Positions 54,461-64,000 of a DNA stretch of 64,000 nt are shown in pieces. The notes beneath the pieces are model-generated. The model was given only the letters and a program-made list of their open reading frames with translations. It did not search any database and had not been told where the DNA came from. The stretch spans positions 5,895,525 through 5,959,524 of the forward strand of contig CM119268.1 in assembly GCA_051294375.1 (NCBI GenBank), in the 5' to 3' direction. The number at the start of each line of letters is the position of its first letter. Positions within the stretch are counted from its first letter, which is position 1. Position numbers and translations under genes: made by a program. The DNA comes from Paraspadella gotoi (taxonomy: Eukaryota; Animalia; Chaetognatha).

Positions 54461-57400
54461 TTCTTTTTTACAATTGAAGAAAAATCGTTTTCTGTTATTT
54501 TTAAAGTTTTCATATCTTTTTAACAAGAAAAAGTCGTTTTCTGGTGTATTTAACGTTTTTTACTCTTTTGAGAGGGAGAGAAAGCTTACATAAAATTAAA
54601 AGAGAAAAGAGAGAGAGAAGGTAAGAACATAAAATAAAAGAGAGGGAATTTGTTTGTTTTGATAAAAAGATATTTAATAAAATAAACTGTCCACAGCACC
54701 CAATTTTTAACAACCCTCGGATGATGTTATTTGGCAGAAAAGTATTTAACGTTTTTATTTCTTTTTTCTTTGAAAATATCGTTTTCCCGGTGTTTTAGAA
54801 ATTTTTTATACTCTTTTTACAAAATGGAAAAAAGGTTTTTCTTGGTTTTAAAGTTGTGTTACCTCTTTGGAAACATGTCGTCTGCCGGTGTATTTAACGT
54901 TTTTATCACTTTTTTACTTTAGAAAGTCGTTAATCGGTGTTTTTTAACATCTTTTTTACATTGGAAAAAACGTTGCCCGTTTTTTTTAACAGTTTTTAAT
55001 TTCTTTTTACATTGAAAAAATCGTTTTCTGTTATTTTTAAAAGTTTTTCATATCTTTTTACAGAGAAAAAGTCGTTTTCCTGGTGTATTTAACCGTTTTT
55101 ATCTTTGAGAGTGAGAAGAAAGCTCATAAAATTAAAGAGAAAAAAGAGAGAAGAAAGAAGGAGACATAAAAATAAAAGAGAGGAAATTTGTTTGTTTTTG
55201 ATAAAAAGATATTAATAACTGTCTCACCCAATTTAACAAACCTCGAATGGATGTTATTTGCCAGAAGTAATTTAAACGTTTTTATTTCTTTTTTCTTTGA
55301 AAATAATCGTTTTCCGTGTTTAGAAATTTTTTAATCTCTTTTACATTGGAAAAAGCGTTTTTCTTGTTTTTAAAGTTGTTATCTCTTTGGAAATGTCGTT
55401 TGCTTGGTGTGTTTTAACGTTTTTTATTACTTTTTACCTATTAGAAAAAGTCGTTTATATTTTCGGTGTTTTTTTAAACTTTTAGCATTGGGAAAAAACG
55501 TTTGCCGTTTTTTTTTAATTATGTTTATTTCTTTTCACATTGGAAAAAATCGTTTTCTGTTATTTTTAAAGTTTTCAATATCTTTTTTACAGAGAAAAAA
55601 GTCGTTTTCTGGGTGTATTTAACGTTTTTATCTTATTGAGAGTGAGAGAAAGCTTCAATAAATTAAAGAGAAAAGAAGAGAGAGAAGGAGACATAAAATA
55701 AAAGAGAGGAAAATTTGTTTGTTTTGAATAAAAAGATATTTAATAACTGTCCTCACGCAAATTTTTAACAACCTCGATGATGTTATTTGCAGAAGTATTT
55801 AACGTTATTATCTTTTTTCTTTGAAAATATCGTTTTTCCCGGTGTTTTAGAAATTTTTTATCTTTTTTACATTGGAAAAGCGTTTTTTTCCTTTGTTTTT
55901 AAAGTTGTTTATCTCTTTGAAAATATCGTCTGCCGCTGTATTTAACGTTTTTATCATCTTTTTACTTTAGAAAAAGTCGTTATCAGTGTTTTTTTTTATA
56001 TTTTTTTACATTGAAACGTTTGCCGTTTTTTATTAAAGTTTTATTTCTTTTTTACATTGAAAAAAATCGTTTTCTGTTATTTTTAAAAGTTTTCAATATC
56101 TTTTTACAGAAGAAAAAGTCGTTTTCTGGTGTATTTAAACGTTTTTTATGCTTTTGAAGAGTGAGAGAAAGCTACATAAAATTAAAGAGAAAAGAGAGAG
56201 AGAAGGAGACATAAAAATAAAAGAGAGGAAATTTGTTTGTTTTGAATAAAAAGATATTTAATAACTGTCTGACGCCAATTTTAACCAAACCTCGATGATG
56301 TTTATTTGCAGAAGTATTAACGTTTTTATTTCCTTTTTTCTTTGAAAATATCGTTTTTCCGGTGTTTTTAGTAAGAAATTTTTTAATCTCTTTTACATTG
56401 GAAAAAGCGTTTTTCCTTTGTTTTTAAAGTTGTTATCTCTTTGAAATATCGCTGCGCGCTTGTATTTTAACGTTTTTATCCAAACTTTTTTAACTTTAGA
56501 AAGTCGTTTATCAGTGTTTTTTTTAATAAAATTTTTTTACATTGAAAAAACGTTTTGCCGTTTTTTTATTAAAAGGTTTTTTTTCTCTTTTTTACATGAA
56601 AACATCGTTTTCTGTATTTTTAAAGTTTTCCATATCTTTTTACAGAAGAAAAATCGTTTTCTGTGTATTTAACGTTTTTAATCTTTAGAGTGAGAGAAAG
56701 CTACAATAAATTTAAAGAGAAAAAGAGAGAGAGAAAGAGAGACATAAAAATAAAAGAGAGGAAATTTGTTTGTTTTGATAAAAGATATTTAATAACTGTC
56801 TCACTCCAATTTTAACAACCTCGATGATGTTATTTTGCAGAAGTATTTAACGTTTTTATTCCTTTTTTTTTTTTGAAAATATCGTTTTCCCGGTGTTTTA
56901 GAAAATTTTTTATCTCTTTTTACATTGGAAAAAGCGGTTTTCTTTTTGTTTTTAAAGTTGTTTATCTCTTTTGGAAATGTCGTCTGCCGCTGTATTTTAA
57001 CGTTTTTATTACTTTTTAACTTTAGAAAAGTCGTTTATCCGTGTTTTTTTTAACTCTTTTTTACTTGGAAAAAAACGTTTGCCGTTTTTTTTTTAAGTTT
57101 TTATTTTCTTTTTAACATTGGAAAAATCGTTTTCTGTTATTTTTAAAGTTTTCCATATCTTTTTAGAGAGAAAAGGTCGTTTTCTGGTGTATTTAACGTT
57201 TTTATCTATGAGAGTGGAAGAGAAAGCTACATAAAATTAAAGAGAAAAGAGATAAGAGAAGGAGACATAAAAAATAAAAGAGAGAAATTGTTTGTTTTTG
57301 ATAAAAAGAATATTTAATAAACGTCGCTCACCCAATTTTAACAACCTCGATGATGTTATTTGCTAAGCAAGTATTTAACGGGTCATATCTTTTTTCTTTG

Positions 57401-60400
57401 AAAAATATCGTTTTCGGTGTTTTAGAAATTTTGTATCTCTTTTAATTGGGAAAAAGCGTTTTCTTTGTTTTTTAAAGTTTGTTAATCCTCTTGGAAATAA
57501 TCGTCTGCCGCTGTCATTTAAACGTTTTTAATCACTTTTATAAACTTAAGGAAAAGTCGTTTTTATTCAGTGTTTTTTTTTATATTTTTTTACATTAGAA
57601 AAAACGTTTGCCGTTTTTTTTTTTAAAGTTTTTATTTCTTTTTACATGAAAAAAAATCGTTTTCTGTTATTTTTAAAGTTTTTCATATCTTTTTTACAGA
57701 AAAAAGTGTTTTCTGGTGTAGTTTAACGTTTTTATCTTTTGAGAGTGAGAGAAAGCTTCATAAAATTAAAAGAGAAAAAAGAGAGAGAGAAGGAGACATA
57801 AAAATAAAAGAGAGGGAAATTTGTTTGTTTTGATAAAAAGATATTTAATAACTGTCCTCAAACCGCAAATTTAACAACCTCGATGATGTTATTTTTGCAG
57901 AAAGTATTTTAACTGTTATTAATTTCTTTTTTCTTTTGGAAAATATCGTTTTCCGGTGTTTTAGAAAATTTTTTTAATCTTTTTAACATTGGAAAAAAGC
58001 CGTTTTTTTTTTTTTTCCCCCTTTCCTTTGTTTTTAAAGTTGTTATCTCTTTGGAATATCGTCCATGCCGCTGTAATTTAACGTTTTTATCACTTTTTAC
58101 TTTAGAAAGTCCGTTTATCAAGTGTTTTTTTTTAATATTTTTTTAGCAATTGCGAAAAAACGTATTTTGCCGTTTTTTTATTAAAAGTTTTTATTTCTTT
58201 TTACATTGAAAATCGTTTTCTGGTTATTTTTTAAAGTTTTATATCTTTTTACAGAGAAAAAAGTCGTTTTCTGGTGTATTAACGTTTTTTATCCTTTGAG
58301 AGTGAGAGAAAGCTACATAAAAATTAAAGAAGAAAGAGAGAGAGAAGAGACATAAAAAATAAAAGGAGGAACTTTGTTTGTTTTTGATAAAAAGATATTT
58401 AATAACTTGTCCTTCAACTCCTATTTTAACACCTCGATGATGTTATTTGCAGAAGTATTTAACGTTTTTATTTCTTTTTTCTTCTTTGAAAATATCGTTT
58501 CCGGTGTTTAGAAATTTTTTACGCTTTTTACATTGGAAAAAAAGCGTTTTTCTTTGTTTTTAAAGTTGTTAATCCTCTTTTGGAAATATTCGGTCTGCCG
58601 CTGTATTTAAACGTTTTTATTCACTTTTTACTTTAGAAAAGTCGTTTATTCAAGTGGTTTTTTTTTATATTTTTTTACATTGGAAAAAACGTTTGCCGTT
58701 TTTTTTATTAAAGTTTTTTTTCTTTTTACATTGAAAAACAATCGTTTTTCTGTTATTTTTAAAAGTTTTCAATAATCTTTTTACAGAGAAAAAGTCGTTT
58801 TCTGGGTGTATTTAAGCGTTTTTATCTTTTGAGAGTGAGAGAAAGCTACATAAAATTAAAGAGAAAAGAGAGAGAGAAGGCGACATAAAACATAAAAGTA
58901 AAGAAATTGTTTGTTTTGATAAAAAGATATTTAATAACTGTACGCTCACCCAATTTTAACAAACCTCGATGATGTTATTTGCAAGAAGTATTTAACGTTG
59001 TTTATTTCTTTTTTTCTTTGAAAATATGCGTTTTCCGGTGTTTTTAAGAAAATTTTTATCTAATTTTTACCATTAGAAAAAAAGCGTTTTTCTTTGTTTT
59101 TAAAAGTTGTTATCTCTTTGGAAAATGTCGTTTGCCGGTGTATTTTAACGTTTTTATTACTTTTTACTTTAGAAAAGTCGTTTATCGGTGTTTTTTAACT
59201 CTTTTTAGCATTGGAAAAAACGTTTGCCATGCCGTTTTTTTTTAAAAAAGTTTTTCTTTACATGGGAAAAAATCGTTTCACTGTTATTTTTAAAGTTTTC
59301 ATAAATCTTTTTTACAGAGAAAAAGTCGTTTTCTGGTGTATTGTAACGTTTTTAATCTATGAGAGTGAGAGAAAGCTACATTAAAATTAAAAGAGAAAAG
59401 AGGAGAGAGAAGGGAGACATAAAAATAAAAGAGAGGAAAATTTGTTTTTGTTTTTGAATAAAAAAAATATTTAATACCTGTACTCACCCAATTTTAAACA
59501 ACCTCGATGATGTTATTTGCAGAGTATTTAACCGTTAATTATTTCTTTTTTTTGAAAATATCGTTTCCGGTGTTTTAAAGAAATTTGTAAATCTCTTTTA
59601 CATTGGAAAAAGCGTTTTTCTTTGTTTTTAAAAGTTGTTATCCTCTTTGGAATATCGTCTGCCGCTGTATTTAACGTTTTTTATTCATTTTTAACTTAAG
59701 AAAAGTCCGTTTATCAGTGTTTTTGTTATATTTTTTTAACAATTGAAAAACGTTTGCCGTTTTTTTTTTTTAAAGTTTTTTAATTTCTTTTTACATTGGA
59801 AAAAATCGTTTTCTTGTTATTTTTAAGTTTCATATCTTTTTACAGAGAAAAAGTCGTTTTTCTGGTGTATTTAACGTTTTTTTATCTTTTGAGAGTGAGA
59901 GAAAGCTACATAAAATTAAAGAGAACAAGAGAGAGAGAAGGAGACATAAAAATAAAAGAAAAGGAAATTTGTTTGTTTTTGATAAAAGATATTTATACCT
60001 GTCCTCACCGCAATTTTTAACAACCTCGATGATGTTATTTGCAGAAGTATTTTAACGTTTTTATTTCTTTTTTCTCTTTGAAAATATCGTTTTCGCGGTG
60101 TTTAGAAATTTTTTATCTTCTTTTTTACATTGGAAAAAGCGTTTTTCTTTGTTCTTTGTTTTTAAAGTTGTTATCTCTTTGGAAATGTCGTTTGCCGGTG
60201 TAATTTAACGTTTTTATTACTTTTTACTTTAGAAAAGTCGTTTATCTCGGTGTTTTTTACTCTTTTTAACATTGAAAAAACGTTTGCCGTTTTTTTTTTA
60301 GTTTTTTTTCTTTTTACATGGAAAAAATCGTTTTCTGTTTTTTTTAAAAGTTTTAATATCTTTATTTTAGATGAAAAAGCGTCTTGGTGTATTTAGACGT

Positions 60401-63400
60401 TTTTATCTATTGAGAGTGAAGAGAAAGCTACATAAAAATTAAAGAAGAAAAGAAGAGAGAGAAGGAGACATAAAAATTAAAAGAGAGGAAATTTGTTTGT
60501 TTGATAAAAAAATATTTAGTAAACCTGTACTCACTTCGCCAATTTTTTAACAAACCTCGAATGATGTTATTTGCAGAGTATTTAACGTTTTTATTTCTTT
60601 TTTCTTTTGAAAATATCATTTTCCGGTGTTTTAGAAATATTTTATCTCTTTTAACATTGGAAAATAGCGTTTTTCTTTGTTTTTAAAGTTGTTATCCTCT
60701 TTGGGAAATGATCGTCTGCCGCTGTATTTAACGTTTTAATCACTTTTTTAACTTTAAGAAAAGTCGTTTTAATGTTTTTTTTTATATTTTTTTTACATTG
60801 GAATAAAACCTGTTTGCCGTTTTTTATTAAAGGTTTTTATTTCTTTTTACATTTGAAAAATTAATTCGTTTTTCCTGTTATTTTTAAAAGTTTTTTCCCA
60901 ATATCCTTTTTACAGAGAAAAAGTGGGTTTTCTGGTGTATTTAACGTTTTTAATCTTTGAGAGTGAGAGAAAGCTAACATAAAATTAAAGAGAAAAGAGA
61001 GAAGAGAAAGGAGACATAAAAATAAAAGAGAGGAATTTGTTTTGTTTTGATAAAAAGATATTTAATAACTGTCCTCACCACGAATTTTAACAACCTCGAT
61101 GAAATGTTTATTTGCAAGAAGTATTTTAACGTTTTATTTCTTTTTTCTTGAAAATTATCGTTTTTCCGGTGTTTTTAGAAATTTTTATCTCTTTTAACAT
61201 TGGAAAAGCGTTTTTTCTTTGTTTTAAAAGTTGTTATCCTCTTTGGAAATGTTCGTCATGCCGTGTATTTTAACGTTTTATTACTTTTTACTTTTAGAAA
61301 AAGTCGGTTTATCGGGTGTTTTAATCTTTTTACATTGGGAAAAAAACGTTTGCCGTTTTTTTTTAAGTTTTTTATTTCTTTTTACATTGAAAAAATCGGT
61401 TTTCTGTTTTTTAAAGTTTTCATATCTTTTTACAGAAGAAAAAAGTCCGTTTTTCTGGTGTATTTTTAACGTTTTATCTATTGAGAGTGAGAGAAAGCTA
61501 CATAAAAATTAAAGAGAAAGAGAGAGAGAAGGAGAACATAATAAAAGAGAGGAAATTTGTTTGTTTTGAGAATAAAAAGATATTTAATAACTGGTCCTCA
61601 ACCCCAATTTTAACAACCCTCGATGAATGTTATTTGCAGAAGTATTTAACGTTTTTATTTCTTTTTTCTTGAAAATATCGTTTTCCGGTGTTTTAGAATT
61701 TTGTATCTCTTTTTACATTGGAAAAAGCGTTTTTCTTTGGTTTTTAATTAAAAGTTGTTATCTCTTTGAAATATGCGTCTGCCGCTGTATTTTAACGTTT
61801 TTATCACTTTTTTAAACTTAGGAAAAGTCGTTTATCAAGTGGTTATTTTTAATATTTTTTTAACCATTGGAAAAAACGTTTGCCCGTTTTTTTTTAAGTT
61901 TTTTATTTCTTTTTACATTGAAAAAAATCGTTTTTCTGTATTTTTAAAGTTTTCATATCTTTTTACGAGAAAAAGTTGTTTTCTGGTGTATTTAACGTTT
62001 TTATCTTTTAGAGTGAGAGAAAGCTACATAAAATTAAAGAGAAAAGAGAGAGAGAAGGAGACATAAAAATAAAAGAGAGGAAATTTTGTTTGTTTTGATA
62101 AAAGATATTAATAACTGTCGCTCACACCAATTTTACAACATCGATGATGTTATTGCGCAGAAGTATTTAACGTTTTTATTTCTTTTTTCTTTGAAAATAT
62201 CGTTTTCCGGTGTTTTTAGAATTTTTATCTCTTTTACATGGAAAAAGCGTTTTTCTTTGTTTTAAAAATGTTGTTTCTCTTTTGGAAATATTCGTCCTGC
62301 CGCTGTATTTTACGTTTTTATCAACTTTTTAAACTTTGAAAAGTCGTTTATTCAGTGTTTTTTTTAAAATATTTTTTTACATTGGGACAAAAACGTTTGA
62401 CGTTTTTTTTTTTTAAAGTTTTTATTTCTTTTTACATTGAAAAAAATCGTTTTCTGTTTTTTTTTAAAAGGTTTTCATAATCTTTTTACAGGAGAAAAAG
62501 TCGTTTTCTGGTGTATTTAACGTTTTTATCTTTTGAGATGAGAGAAAGCTACATAATTAAAGAGAAAGAGAGAGAGAAGGAGACATAAAATAAAAAAGAG
62601 AGGAAATTTTTTTGTTTTGATAAAAAGATAATTTAATAACTGTCCTCACCCAATTTTTTAAAACCCGATGATGTTTATTGCAGAAGTATTTAACGTTTTA
62701 TTTCTTTTTCTTGAAAATATCGTTTTCCGGGTGTTTTAGAATTTTTTTATTCTTTTATTTCATTGGAAAAAGCGTTTTTCTTTTGTTTTTAAAGTTTGGT
62801 TATCTCTTTTGGAAATGTCGTTTGCCGGCTGTATTTAATTCCGTTTTTATTTACTTTTTACTTAGAAAAGTCGTTTATTCGGTGTTTTTTAACTCTTTTT
62901 TACATTGAAAAAAACGTTTGGCCGTTTTTTTTTAAGTTTTTTTCTTTTTACATGAAAAAATTCGTTTCTGTTTTTTTTTAAAAAGTTTTGCATATCTTTT
63001 TAACAGAGAAAAAGTCGTTTCTATGTGTATTTAAGCGTTTTTTATCTATTGAGAGTGAGAGAAAAGCTCATAAAATTAAAGAGAAAAGAGAGCAAGAGAA
63101 GGAGACATAAAAATACAAAGAGAGGAAATTTTTGTTTTTGTTTTGATAAAAAATATTTAAATAAACTGTACTCACTCACGCAATTTTAACAACCTCGATG
63201 ATTGTTATTTGCAGAAGTATTTACCCCACGTTTTTTTTCTTTTTCTTTGAAAAAATATCGTTTTTCCGGTGTTTTAGGAATATTTTATCTCTTTTACATT
63301 GGAAAAAGCGGTTTTTCTTTGTTTTTTAAAGTTGTTATCTCTTGGAAATATCGTCTGCCGCTGTATTTAACGCTTTTTATCACTTTATTTACTTTAGAAA

Positions 63401-64000
63401 AAGTCGTTTATCAAAGTGTTTTTTTTTATATTTTTTTACATTGGAAAAACGTGCCGTTTTTTATTAAAAGTTTTTATTTCTTTTTTTACATTGGAACAAA
63501 AATCGTTTTCTGTTATTTTTAAAGTTTTCAATATCTTTTTTTACAGAGAAAAAAGTCGTTTTCTGGTGTAATTTAACGTTTTTTATCTTTTGAGAGTGAG
63601 AAGAAAGCTACATAAAATTAAAGAGAAAAGAGAGAGAGAAGGAGACTAAAAATAAAAAGAGGAAATTTGTTTGTTTTGAATTTAAAACAGAATAATTTAA
63701 TAACTGTTCCTCACACCAATTTTAACCAACCTCGATGATGTTAATTTGCAGAAAGTATTAAACGTTTTTATTTCTTTTTTCTTTGAAATATCGTTTTCGC
63801 GTGTTTAGAAATTTTTTTATCTCTTTTTACATTGGAAAAAAGCGTTTTTTTCTTGTTTTTAAAGTTGTTTAATCTTTTTGGAAATGTCGTCTGCCGGTGT
63901 AATTTAACGTTTTTTATTAACTTTTTACTTTAGAAAGTCGTTTATCGGTGTTTTTAACTCTTTTTACATTGGAAAAACGATTGCGTTTTTTTTTCAAGTT
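54461..64000. repeat. Satellite array, ~530-bp monomer, ~18 copies, running off the window end
   Basis: The marker GAGACATAAAA recurs at ~55161, 55689, 56207, 56740 ... 63103, spaced 518-553 nt. The monomer is built from ~45-55-bp degenerate subrepeats plus an AG-rich spacer. Confidence 0.97.

Overview
Eukaryotic (animal-like), AT-rich, microsatellite-saturated non-genic DNA from a noisy, gap-filled long-read assembly, with nine N gaps, five of them exactly 25 N. I can support no intact protein-coding gene; almost all ORFs in the track are translations of (AG)n, (GAC)n or purine/pyrimidine tracts. The real signal is in small mobile-element and RNA structures. (1) Two diverged ~300-bp solo LTRs (16586-16881 +, 50118-50422 -) are each fused not to an 18-nt primer-binding site but to a 46-nt copy of the CCA-tailed 3' half of tRNA-Leu ending next to position 37, as expected for an integrated over-extended plus-strand strong-stop cDNA. 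(2) Penelope-type minimal hammerhead ribozyme motifs occur at ~14.2 kb and ~42.9/43.7 kb, each within an inverted repeat. (3) There are Helentron/DINE-1-like non-autonomous elements, including a ~50-bp ends-only version. (4) An unnamed dispersed repeat shares a sharp common end and has possible coding remnants. (5) A GC-rich coiled-coil ORF can be reconstructed only by merging two inverted copies at 53.2-54.1 kb. (6) A ~530-bp satellite with two interspersed monomer types fills 54.5-64 kb. About 19-49 kb consists largely of direct and inverted re-copies differing mainly by indels, probably assembly redundancy. All alignments were done by eye.
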